Source of the DNA: a virus
Taxonomy: Duplodnaviria; Caudoviricetes
IMG/VR virus record: IMGVR_UViG_3300012940_000024
Location: 1-64,000 of that record
Direction: 5' to 3' (one strand)
DNA: 64,000 bases
The position numbers were made by a program, and so were the translations under genes. Under the pieces are notes generated by a model. The model did no database searches. It was not told where the DNA came from and saw only the letters and a list, made by a program, of their open reading frames with translations. Every line of letters begins with the position of its first letter. Positions within the stretch are counted from its first letter, which is position 1. Of the stretch, positions 20,501-28,921 are shown one piece after another.

Positions 20501-23500
20501 GGCTTCAACAAATGGATTTAAAGATAATAAATTTAATGAGGTTGTACCAAACCTATATGCAATATCTCCTAATGTATCTCCGGCTACAATCGTATAAATA
20601 GATGTATTTGGAGGTTGTGGATATTGATATACAAAACTAACATTTACAGGTGACGAAACTAAAGATCCATCACTGGCTGTTACTTTCATATAAATGGTAG
20701 TTTTTACCGTATTAATATCATGTCCACTTAAAGTAATACTTGCTGTTGTTTCATCATCTACCATATCAGACTCTTGAATGATACTATTAGTGAACATAGA
20801 AGAAAGGCTTGATTCAACGATTAATTTAACCTTTCTAGAATCGGGATCACTAACTGTTGCACTTACTTCAAAATTGTTAACAGTTGTTCCCTGTAAAGGA
20901 AGAATATTTGTTGGTGCGTTTGGTGGTTTTGGAATAGGAACATATATTTGTTGTCCTATATAAATGTTTGAAGGATCTAATATATCTACATTCAAAGCTT
21001 GCAATGCTTCAATAGTCATTTTTCTATCATAAGCAATTTTCCCAAATGTATCTCCACTTTGAACAATATAAATGACTGTATTTTCCGGCTGTGGATCAAC
21101 GACACTTGTAATATTGATTGTTACTGTTGCAATTTCTGAATCATCTTCACCATCATTCGCTTTATATTTAAATGTATCTGTACCATAATAGTTTGGGTTA
21201 GGAATATAAACGAATGATCCATCTTCATTAAGTGTTAATGTTCCATGCTGAGTAGTTTCCACTAAAATAGCTGTTAATGGAGAATTTTCAATATCAGTGT
21301 CATTTTTTAATACACCATTTGCAGAATCAACATTCAACGTTGTATCTTCATTTGTTGTATAGGTGTCATTTGAAGAAAACGGTGCATCATTTACACTGTT
21401 GATAGTAATAGTTACGGTTGCTACATTTGAATCTAAATAGCCATCACTAATTTTATATGTGAATGAATCTTCTCCAAAATAGTTTTCTGTTGGTGTATAG
21501 GTAAATGTACCATCACTATTGAATAAAAGTTCTCCATGTTGAGTAGTAGTTAATAATATAGCTGTCAATTCTGTACTATCTACATCATAATCATTCTTGA
21601 TAACACCATTCGTTTCATCTGTAGTTAATACAGTATCTTCATTTATAATATAGATATTATCTACTGCAACAGGGGGATCGTTGATTGGATTAACAGTGAT
21701 AGTAACTGTGCCAATATTAGAATCTAATCTGCCATCATTTACTTTATAGGTAAAAGTATCAACACCAAAAAAATCATGATCTGGTGTATAAGTAAATGAT
21801 CCATCTTCATTTAAAGTTAGTTCTCCATTTGCAGGGTTTGTTACAACGATTGCTGTTAAATCTTCACTGTCAACATCATGGTCATTTGCTATTAATCCGG
21901 TTATTACATCAATGGTTAAAGTATTATCTTCATCCACGCTATATTCATCATCTTCTACAAAAGGAGGGGAGTAATAATGATAATACTGATAAGGTAATCC
22001 AGTTGGTGACATAACAATTCTGCCACTTAAATATTCTTGATTATAAAAATTCAATGTTACATCTAAAATATTAGTAGGGTTATAAATGTTACCCATTAAA
22101 TCTGTTCGATCAATGTCCGAAAAAACAGATATAAATTTCTGCCATGCTTTAGCAAAATACCATAATGTAGCATTATTAAATAAATTCCATGATAAGTAAT
22201 ATTGATTTGCTCCATCTTGGGCAGTACCAATTTTTACAATATGATCATAAATTAGTCCTTCATAACCTTCTTCAATGTTGTTATCTTCAATTCTTTGTTT
22301 AACATTGTTATGAGCAAAGGCTAAGAAACTCATTATGCTTGTTACAAGATCTGTATATCGTGTTTGACTGTCATGTTCGCTATATTCTAATAAAGCATAG
22401 GCTACGAGATATAATGTTTGTAAATTGATTTTATCAATTTGAGGTTTCCAAATATCTTCTTCACGATCATATGTTAATGTATGAGGAAGAACATAGAATT
22501 TTTGTCCGGAATAATCCGCATGGATTTTATTTGTTTCAAGAAAATTCGCAAACATACCACAATCATCAATATAATCTGTATTTTGAGTTGTTTTATATAA
22601 CAGCAAATAATTTATGATTGCTCTTGAAACAGATTCAATACTTATTTCATCAGATACTTTACCTGTTAATTGATCGATAGATGTAAATATTCCACCTTGC
22701 GGAACAGAGATAAATCCCATTGTTTCAGTATAATAAATATCCGTTGGATCTTTCACTATCGCTTTGCTGTTTTGATAAAAATCGGAAAACTCTTCACTTT
22801 CCATTTTGAAGCCTTGCATAAAATAAGAAAAATCTTCCAAATAATCCGCACCGTTAATTGTAGCTTTTTCAATGGTTAAATTATTTTCTCCAATTGGTTT
22901 TAAATGTGTAACCATTTCTTCAATATTTGATGTTTTAGAAAGACTTTTTAAATATTTACCATATTTAATTTTTAATCCTTTATTTACATCATCAATCATA
23001 GGATTTTCAAAATCGACAATTCGATTCACTGTATCCCATTTTAATATAGCGTTAAAAGATGTTGCTACTTGAATTATAAAATCTAAAACAGTCATGTTAG
23101 ATACATCAAATATCCTTCTTTCTTTGTTCCAATAGAAATCAGGATTTTTAATGTTTGCTCCAATTCGCCAATTCAATTGTCCATCTAAAGCAAAAAGTAA
23201 TGCACTATGAGCCGACCAAATTTCTTCTCTATAATTGGATATTAATTTATCTTTTAATTCATAGGCCAATGACCATGCATGTATATATTTGGAATTATTT
23301 TCACCATAATTGGATATTTCATTAATTATGAAATATTCTGTTTTATCTCTATATACAAGCTTAATCAAAAATCTTTCTTTGATCATTTTGAAATGATCAT
23401 TTTCCACTAATTCATTTCTTGTCGATTCTATTTCAAAAGGAATAGAAAATGTTAATTCATTAAGATCAGCGTATCTTTCAGTGAATGTTACATTATAAGC

Positions 23501-26500
23501 TTCACTTAAATGTGCAATTACTTGTTTGTTTGGCTTGCATAAATAAATTTTAGGTTTTGATACAGGCATATTTTTGTCAACTTTGCCTAAAGTTGTTGAT
23601 AATGGTTCAAGAATTTTAGCATAGACAGTTACACGATAACTTTCTGAAAATCCACTACGATCCCCTTGATAATCAAATGCTTCAACTTGAAATGTATGTG
23701 TTACATTTGATTCTAGATGATCAATCATATATTTATTTTCGGTTATATTTGATGCAATTAACCAGCCATCTTTATAGACATTGTAATGACTGTGACCGTA
23801 CTTTTTCTCATGTTCCCAATTTAATTCAATTCCTCCTGTTCCTAGTTCTTTATGATAAGTAATTTTTGGAACATTCGGAAAATCAAAAACAGGAGTTGAG
23901 AATATTGAATCACTAATTTGAGAAGTGAATCCTTTATTTGAAATTGCTTGTATTTTAAAATCATACATTACATCATTTAATAATCCGGCTACCATCAATT
24001 CATTTTGAGGATGATTGACTACCGCATATATTTCACCATCAAGATATATGTTATAAGATTCAACAAAAGATTCTTCATTCAGTTGCCATGTTAATAAAAC
24101 TTCACGATCATATGGAACAGCACTTAAACCAGTCGGAACGCTTGGAATATCAATTCTTTGAGTAATCGTTCCACTAGTGACTGAATCATTTTCATTATCA
24201 TATGTGATAATTTCTAGTGTATAATCATAATTTGGTTTTGCTTCAACATATTTAATAGTATTTTCTGTTACATCACTTGACGTTAATATAATCTTTCCGT
24301 TTAAATAAACTTCAAAATGTGAGAAATTTGGACTTTCTTCTAATTGCCATCTAAATAAAATTGTTTTATGATCTAAAATTTCAGCCTGTAAGTCTGTAGC
24401 TTTATTAGGATAATCAGTTATAGGAGTAACAGAAATTGTTGCTGAATCCGGTGAAACTAATCCTTGTGTTGAAACAGCTTTAATATGGAAATCATATGTC
24501 ACACCATTTTCTAATCCACTTACGAGATAAGAATTTTGTTCTGATTCTAATACAGCTACTAAATGATCTCCTTGATATAACAAGAAATTATCAATTTCAA
24601 CAGGTGGTTCGAGTTCAACTTCTTTTTCAACAAATACTTCACCTATTGGAATTGGTTGTGTTGCTACAATATATGGTACAGATACCTCATATTCAATTTC
24701 TTCCTCAACGATTCTTTCTACGGTAATGGTTTCATAAGTAGTTAATGGTTGAGCAAAAATTCCTTCATTCTCGGGAAAAGCAGGATCTAAAGTTAAACCA
24801 TAATCTTCTGTATTTACTGCAATTCCATGTACTACACCACTACCTGTAGCAATCGCTAACTTTCTTCTTCTTACATCTTCAATATAAGTGGGATTTGAAG
24901 CATTTGCTCTACGATTAGCAATTGCTACCATTTTTTGAGTTTCAATTATACCATGAGGTAAGGATGTATCAATGGTAGTAAAATCATTAAAAATTAATGC
25001 TTTAGTAGAAGAAGAGATTGACCAGTTTTGAATAGCAATATCGAAACATAATGCAAACGCTCTACGAGTAGTTAAGCCGAAAGTATTAAAGTGAACTTTT
25101 GCTTGATTAAAGAAGGTTTCTGCATGTTGCACTTGTACAGCAATACACTCCGGAGTTACACCTAGATTACGAAAATATGTTCTGTATGGTTCAACAATAT
25201 TTTTTCCTCCCGAAGTAGAAATGCTTGCACCCCAACTTACTTGCTGTGATCTAGTCATGTTATAAACAACATTTTTCAACGTATTGTAATAAGAAGGATT
25301 GGCATTATAATTAAAAGCATTTTTGACTACATTAGGATAATTATCAAACATGGCTCTTAATACAGGTTGCAAAGTACCGGATTTAAAGTTATATTGAAGT
25401 GCCCCAAAACTCATACCAGCCTGATCTGAATTTCCTGCTGTTGCTCCATATGCATCAGGATAACCAGCAGATGTTTCAAATAGTCCAGTTAAAGCCAAGC
25501 ATTTTGCTTTCAATTCCTCATACGTAGTAATTTGAGGTGTAACTAGTGTAGTTGTGGGCACTTGCTTTGTTTCTTGAATGACTTTTTGTACTTTTCTAGT
25601 TCTTGTTTCTGTTCTAAATTCAATGGTTGTTGGCACTACAGGTTGAGTAGGGTTTCTTACGATTAACTTTGATCCAATGATTAAATTGTCAGGATCTACA
25701 TCAGGATTAAACGCTTGCAATTCATAACTAGGCATATTGTATAATTCTTCAATATAGGCAAAGGTATCATGTTGTTGAACAATATGATATTTTGTTCCTT
25801 GTGGTAAATCGACAAATAAATATAAAATTTCACCAGCTACTAAAGGTTCATCCATTAAATGATAATTCCAAGCGACCACTAAACTGAATTGTGTTCCATG
25901 CATTTCTGCAATAGAATCAATTGTATCTTCCGGCTGGACAACATAAAATATTGATCCTTCCGGTTGTTCATCAGGTGTTCGTGGAACATCAGGCAATGGT
26001 GGAAGATGAAAAAAGTCAGGTTTATCCCATGATATTAATGCTTTTCTATCAAATGGTGTAGCTTTTAATCCTTTTACTTGTGGAGGTTTATGCAAGGTTC
26101 TATGCGTTACATTAGATGATTCAATATCACCTTGCTTGTCAACTGCTACAACATAAATATCATGAGGAATATCTACTCTAGCGTTTTTAATAACAAATCT
26201 TTCTTCTTGTAAATAATCAGCAAGAATAACTCTATCCATCACAATATAGAAATAATCAAAATCTTCATCTTTATGATATGACCATGTTACTTCAATATCC
26301 CCATTTTCATACACTTTAGTGCGTAACATAGAAGGGGGCATAGGTCTTTTAAGAATTGGTGCTATTTGTAACGGATCAGATAAAGGACTAGGATCAGTAT
26401 GTTCATTGTGTGCTTGAACTTGTAAACTGTAAATTCTTCCATTTTCTAATCCACGAAAGGTATAAGTAGTTTCTTCTGTATAACCTACTTTTTGACCATC

Positions 26501-27628
26501 AAGGTAAACAGAATAACCCTTTACTTTTTCACCCTCAGAATTTTTTTCCCAAGATAATCTAATTTCTCGGTCAAATGCTTCACCAAACAATCCCGAAGGT
26601 TTACTAGATCTTCCGGTACGAGTGAAAACAGTATTACTTGATTGAGATCTAGAAAATTGACCATTTTTTGAAACTACAGCTATTTGATAACTATAACTTT
26701 TTCCATCTTCAACCGTTGTATCATTCCAATAATTTGTAGTAGGAGGTAATTGTCCTAATCGGATTCCATTCCTCCAAACATCCAATCTTTCAATTCCAGC
26801 AATAGGAGCAATAACCCAACGAACTTCAATTGTATTTGCAGTTGTCAAGCTTGCAACAGGTTTTGTAGTAGCCATTGCTTCTTGCATATCTACAGTATAA
26901 AAGGAAGAAATATGATCCAACGATTCAACATAGTTCATATCTAATCCAGTAGAAGATACTCCAACAGATTGTCCATTTTGGAAAGGCTGTGCATCACTTG
27001 TATATTGCCACATTGCCCAATCTGTCCATCCACCAATATCAGGGATAGAAGTTGTTCTCCATTTTGCGATCCATAATGGCATATCAATTAATATATTTCC
27101 ACCAGTAGCATAATTAAAATTATTATGTTGTTGAATAAATGCCCAATTTGTATAAAGTCCTAGTTTTACATTATTATTAAATTTAGCTTCAAATGTTCTT
27201 CTAAATTCGTCTACCCATTTAAGCATTTGAGTAGTATTTAATTGACTATGCCTACCACCAACATTTTGATTATCTTCCAAATCAATGAAAGGTAGTAAAT
27301 CGCCCCATTTTCCAACACCAAAAACTTCTTCCAATTTATTAGCGTATCTATTCGCTTGTTCTCTTGCTGAATCTAAATCATATTCATTGGAGATTGTACA
27401 GAAAAAATATGATCCGCATGGAATACCAACACTTTTAAATCCTTGTGCATATTCAACTATTCTTGAATCGGGTGAATTAGCTGATCCATATGCTCTTAGA
27501 ATAGCGAATTTAATTCCGTTGGCTCTTACTTTTGCATAATCAATATTTCCTTGATAGGCACTAACATCAATTCCACGCAGATAACCTCCACCTGTTCGCC
27601 AATCTCGGATCTTCAAATTCTTCACCAT
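14501..27628 (-). CDS. Giant (4375 aa) tail tip/central fibre protein: GH25 muramidase, ~7 FN3, 9 LysM, 2 lysozyme-like hydrolases, prophage tail-endopeptidase-like core, helical toroid-like domain, 3 cadherin-like repeats
   Basis: RGIDVS...PFIDLE...LDMN (GH25); FN3 W/Y patterns; Y.V..GDT..IA LysM repeats; KPKIYLCKPNK...LNELTFSIP and ITNDGGKTYKNAIT core motifs of SPbeta YomG-like proteins; position after Dit and TMP. Confidence 0.85.
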   Translation of the reverse strand: MVKNLKIRDWRTGGGYLRGIDVSAYQGNIDYAKVRANGIKFAILRAYGSANSPDSRIVEYAQGFKSVGIPCGSYFFCTISNEYDLDSAREQANRYANKLEEVFGVGKWGDLLPFIDLEDNQNVGGRHSQLNTTQMLKWVDEFRRTFEAKFNNNVKLGLYTNWAFIQQHNNFNYATGGNILIDMPLWIAKWRTTSIPDIGGWTDWAMWQYTSDAQPFQNGQSVGVSSTGLDMNYVESLDHISSFYTVDMQEAMATTKPVASLTTANTIEVRWVIAPIAGIERLDVWRNGIRLGQLPPTTNYWNDTTVEDGKSYSYQIAVVSKNGQFSRSQSSNTVFTRTGRSSKPSGLFGEAFDREIRLSWEKNSEGEKVKGYSVYLDGQKVGYTEETTYTFRGLENGRIYSLQVQAHNEHTDPSPLSDPLQIAPILKRPMPPSMLRTKVYENGDIEVTWSYHKDEDFDYFYIVMDRVILADYLQEERFVIKNARVDIPHDIYVVAVDKQGDIESSNVTHRTLHKPPQVKGLKATPFDRKALISWDKPDFFHLPPLPDVPRTPDEQPEGSIFYVVQPEDTIDSIAEMHGTQFSLVVAWNYHLMDEPLVAGEILYLFVDLPQGTKYHIVQQHDTFAYIEELYNMPSYELQAFNPDVDPDNLIIGSKLIVRNPTQPVVPTTIEFRTETRTRKVQKVIQETKQVPTTTLVTPQITTYEELKAKCLALTGLFETSAGYPDAYGATAGNSDQAGMSFGALQYNFKSGTLQPVLRAMFDNYPNVVKNAFNYNANPSYYNTLKNVVYNMTRSQQVSWGASISTSGGKNIVEPYRTYFRNLGVTPECIAVQVQHAETFFNQAKVHFNTFGLTTRRAFALCFDIAIQNWSISSSTKALIFNDFTTIDTSLPHGIIETQKMVAIANRRANASNPTYIEDVRRRKLAIATGSGVVHGIAVNTEDYGLTLDPAFPENEGIFAQPLTTYETITVERIVEEEIEYEVSVPYIVATQPIPIGEVFVEKEVELEPPVEIDNFLLYQGDHLVAVLESEQNSYLVSGLENGVTYDFHIKAVSTQGLVSPDSATISVTPITDYPNKATDLQAEILDHKTILFRWQLEESPNFSHFEVYLNGKIILTSSDVTENTIKYVEAKPNYDYTLEIITYDNENDSVTSGTITQRIDIPSVPTGLSAVPYDREVLLTWQLNEESFVESYNIYLDGEIYAVVNHPQNELMVAGLLNDVMYDFKIQAISNKGFTSQISDSIFSTPVFDFPNVPKITYHKELGTGGIELNWEHEKKYGHSHYNVYKDGWLIASNITENKYMIDHLESNVTHTFQVEAFDYQGDRSGFSESYRVTVYAKILEPLSTTLGKVDKNMPVSKPKIYLCKPNKQVIAHLSEAYNVTFTERYADLNELTFSIPFEIESTRNELVENDHFKMIKERFLIKLVYRDKTEYFIINEISNYGENNSKYIHAWSLAYELKDKLISNYREEIWSAHSALLFALDGQLNWRIGANIKNPDFYWNKERRIFDVSNMTVLDFIIQVATSFNAILKWDTVNRIVDFENPMIDDVNKGLKIKYGKYLKSLSKTSNIEEMVTHLKPIGENNLTIEKATINGADYLEDFSYFMQGFKMESEEFSDFYQNSKAIVKDPTDIYYTETMGFISVPQGGIFTSIDQLTGKVSDEISIESVSRAIINYLLLYKTTQNTDYIDDCGMFANFLETNKIHADYSGQKFYVLPHTLTYDREEDIWKPQIDKINLQTLYLVAYALLEYSEHDSQTRYTDLVTSIMSFLAFAHNNVKQRIEDNNIEEGYEGLIYDHIVKIGTAQDGANQYYLSWNLFNNATLWYFAKAWQKFISVFSDIDRTDLMGNIYNPTNILDVTLNFYNQEYLSGRIVMSPTGLPYQYYHYYSPPFVEDDEYSVDEDNTLTIDVITGLIANDHDVDSEDLTAIVVTNPANGELTLNEDGSFTYTPDHDFFGVDTFTYKVNDGRLDSNIGTVTITVNPINDPPVAVDNIYIINEDTVLTTDETNGVIKNDYDVDSTELTAILLTTTQHGELLFNSDGTFTYTPTENYFGEDSFTYKISDGYLDSNVATVTITINSVNDAPFSSNDTYTTNEDTTLNVDSANGVLKNDTDIENSPLTAILVETTQHGTLTLNEDGSFVYIPNPNYYGTDTFKYKANDGEDDSEIATVTINITSVVDPQPENTVIYIVQSGDTFGKIAYDRKMTIEALQALNVDILDPSNIYIGQQIYVPIPKPPNAPTNILPLQGTTVNNFEVSATVSDPDSRKVKLIVESSLSSMFTNSIIQESDMVDDETTASITLSGHDINTVKTTIYMKVTASDGSLVSSPVNVSFVYQYPQPPNTSIYTIVAGDTLGDIAYRFGTTSLNLLSLNPFVEAENLYVGQQIYVPTIEAQAPYEPDEITPTLGTYANDLLISAKVYDPDSSTVKLIVEASLSSNFSGFVEQKESEFVNSGSLATVRLDSLDFNTINTMVYLRLKASDGTLESSVVTHNFIYQVPQPENTDVYTVIEGETLSSIAIKFNTTSATLLALNPMIEEYNIYGGQQIYVPRVEEPTELTRNYTVKSGETFSSIAIKFDTTSTHIQELNPTINPLNVYEGLVITVPLIEYNMTYTIVSGDTFSKLATQFGTTSARIQAVNPSVSPENLYVGLQILIPVPLEVYTVKSGDTISSVAVTFTTTITFLDNANPTLDPSVALTIGQKIKVPSHPTSEPTELYTVKSGDTVGAIATAHNTTIAKISELNPQINIDMIYIGQVLVVPKISSPSETYSYHLLTESELKWQALMLTSQYETSREYPYNFGTTSGNHDGAGISFGVIQFNAKTSSLIEQWQNMINFYPDVTLKAFTDNPNRTYESNVANHNNWKAMMLRGDFQEILEWADARSDTSKGKHALIEPWNTYFMNLGTTNESIAMQQEYASWYHTIVKQWFNQLGLWSRQGYALCFDIAVQSGSMNPKVDGVTYDLIGEINTWWTNVNKTGKTIKELEVMKLERIANRRSDYIDPSWQDNYRLRKVTIAQGYGVVNGLVMDTEGKYDMGLEPAFADNIPPQFTDLETEFAEEFYIDTQKYTSALKSDDKFIHNADYLAEFGGELLPLEDIQQGIGYPLVPVPRNYDNILDDYGDHWFKTENILKTTLGYTAIGLNEPARDFRNNILTLMSESHFTSNNEIVFYNRYSFEGIGGVDGDNSKPLLNTGLLFELENALENEDYIDNLKQTIYNYQIESENPNLNYGFISNIEELLSSITSETLSYIISPLSNITTLSVISHSPYMSDELCKAILNYNRLLEEHDGEYQELILTRSQLNEELVDLEYELTEREINLIVVQDLLDALRAEGSVFYTMIPYVGQPRHEVYKLKKDYTYALFAKTSDMTISIATNSGVKEFTKENEWELIEKIDYDREGEDTVESSIDLYDYSVLLVGGEYADIELQVTRILKSEFDETGNEETLIQKFIEEIHQIAFDEQTALVEAKKNEIANIDIEIENLRSQLSIYNNFTPELRKERDLFVITKEYIDETINNPEDLKNRALEKFKEMKKPTVTIEIDIVNFLELVEEHYNWDKLDIGTLVYVLYDKFDIEIEAKIIQIDYNFNEKTITLTISNVNDIKTNEEKFIQALYGAVSTSTTVSLEKHAWSKAIEVKEDFDSFVNQAFDATKQKIIAGTNESIEISRRGLLIKSDVDPMNYLVANSSVLAITNDGGKTYKNAITTEGVIAERLIGQIIAGENLIIENTAGNFRVDSEGVTIEGQGLRIIGGITNEHLSDDVILDADISGLTSHYIDTYEENNENDTIPNSPIIVEDGNHIRHTEVAVDLVDISFNWDYPEEDEPENQIDGFMIYLYTSKTSTPYVFGTKKKSEISFYVRPNKRSIVLNNLPKDLFYNFGIEAYRYVNIDVNIESVFTSPIVAVSTPYNPKDNTPYDGSIMGTVNYNNTAKISGDVITAIRQGQSYSNVTIDPLNGIISENNYQTQRVVLNEEGFRLQKKIEDRYEDILYADEEGTLFAEDLIANRLVVNDGSGRELINAHTGQINFDNFDVVTGNIHADNIDIRGLEVIDDDGTITFSVDLQGNVTIRGNVQMYGGSILWENVDKPTYTAEEVGARPNDWFPTASEVGARPSTWTPTYLELLGEKPPTDANNTFNELVTNPKINGFYADQYGDLYINATYIKTGELNASLMTTGTLDASQIYVTNLDASAIKTGTLEGISIDVEKDVKVGAELSLRYNVEGKTTARLNFFDYWDEVQGAYPSHYIEKSNNTDSLKIASQINVSIEMSSRLYLGYDSGTHYNAGSTPDDGESGWYTSKKEKGVCGIGGVNSLTTGLVAGTYVNFNMKKYGYTPLNPNFSVTSSNTNIKFAEISQYGFWIYIQESWTDVGYRYWRGYYNC

Positions 27629-27638
27629 CCTTACTAAT

Positions 27639-27658
27639 AAGCAATATTTGGTTATTTG
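27639..27658 (-). promoter_or_regulatory. Late-gene junction motif copy 2
   Basis: CAAATAACCAAATATTGCTT between the upstream stop and the giant gene start. Confidence 0.65.
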
Positions 27659-27928
27659 TCAAAACCATAAAATTTCCTCAATATCTTTATATGAATTTCC
27701 ATAGGTAAAACCAGCAATTCTAATTCCTTCTACATTTTTGTGATATAAATTTTCATCAAATGTTTTCTGATAATAATTTAATTTGGCATCTACATTTTCA
27801 ATTGGATTGATAATCATTTCATCTAAAGGTAAATCACCAATATTCATCCTTATGGCAATAAATTTTTGTTTTAATTCAATGGCTCGATAAAATGTTCGTT
27901 TTAAATTTTCTAAAGTTAATTCATTCAT
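27659..27928 (-). CDS. Conserved Bacillota phage hypothetical protein
   Basis: EMIINPIENVDAKLNYY...GIRIAGFTYGN; RBS AAGGAG. Confidence 0.7.
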   Translation of the reverse strand: MNELTLENLKRTFYRAIELKQKFIAIRMNIGDLPLDEMIINPIENVDAKLNYYQKTFDENLYHKNVEGIRIAGFTYGNSYKDIEEILWF

Positions 27929-28001
27929 TATTTTCTACTCCTTTATTCGTTCATCTTACGTTTTAAGTCTTACCTATAATCATTTACAATATGCATGTAT
28001 T

Positions 28002-28139
28002 TTATTTATCATTTTTTGTCAAAAAACTTATGATAAACGAAATTAACATCATAAAAGCATATACACCAATAATTTCCCCAATGACAATAAAGTGACCAAC
28101 CTGATTATCATCAAGTGTAATTAAATCTCGAAAAAACAT
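28002..28139 (-). CDS. 45-aa single-pass membrane protein (not in the ORF track)
   Basis: MFFRDLITLDDNQVGHFIVIGEIIGVYAFMMLISFIISFLTKNDK*, starts 6 nt after the Dit stop. Confidence 0.45.
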   Translation of the reverse strand: MFFRDLITLDDNQVGHFIVIGEIIGVYAFMMLISFIISFLTKNDK

Positions 28140-28144
28140 AATTT

Positions 28145-28921
28145 TTACAGTCCTAATAAATATTTATATCTATATCTAAATTGAATAGTGCATTTTCCGT
28201 ATATTTTTAGTTGGTTTTCTCCCATTGGTAATTTCATGTAATCTGTTAATACATCTTCAAAATGATATAGGTTTGGCACATTAGATTTAATATCTTCTTT
28301 TTCATGATTTAAATATAAATGCTCTCCATCTTTAAGGTTTACTACTCGAAATTCTCTATTTTCATCAGAAAGATTAATGATTGTAATTTCTCCATCCTCA
28401 ACTTTTTTTATCCACATTTCAATTTCTAAAGGAACATCACCATCATTATTGATTGGAATGATTGTTCCCTCCACTGGATTGTCTGATAAGTCATAATCTT
28501 CTGACAAATATTCCTGTGAATAAGCAAAAGCATCATTAGTTCTCATTGTTAATTCTAAATATCCTTGATTTAATCCATTATGAGTTAAAAAATTGTCTGA
28601 AATAGGCATAACAAAAAAACGATATTGAGGAAGATCGATAAAGTAAAATTCTTTATAATAGTCCACATTTAACCATCTATTCAATCTTCTTAAATAATCA
28701 TAATCATATTGCTGAGTAAGAGCAAAAGCCAATGTAAATTCCATTGGCTTTAACCCTACTTCTTGAAAATATGGTTTTGTTCTTCCTCTAATGATTTCCT
28801 CTAATAATTCTCTAGTTCCAAACAATCTTTCTTTGTATAACCCACCTTCTAAATTAATGTTAATTAAACCCATATCGGAAGAAAGTTCATTATTATAAAA
28901 AAAATCTAAACTTTCTCTCAT
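28145..28921 (-). CDS. Distal tail protein (Dit, YomH-like)
   Basis: Immediately after TMP; SSDMGLIN...PMEFTLAF...INNDGD...LPMGENQLKIYG siphophage Dit pattern. Confidence 0.8.
   Translation of the reverse strand: MRESLDFFYNNELSSDMGLININLEGGLYKERLFGTRELLEEIIRGRTKPYFQEVGLKPMEFTLAFALTQQYDYDYLRRLNRWLNVDYYKEFYFIDLPQYRFFVMPISDNFLTHNGLNQGYLELTMRTNDAFAYSQEYLSEDYDLSDNPVEGTIIPINNDGDVPLEIEMWIKKVEDGEITIINLSDENREFRVVNLKDGEHLYLNHEKEDIKSNVPNLYHFEDVLTDYMKLPMGENQLKIYGKCTIQFRYRYKYLLGL

Noticed and set aside
14501-27628. Inteins as the explanation for the large in-frame insertions
   Set aside because: No N-terminal Cys/Ser block or C-terminal HN-(C/S/T) intein motifs and no LAGLIDADG domain at the insertion borders
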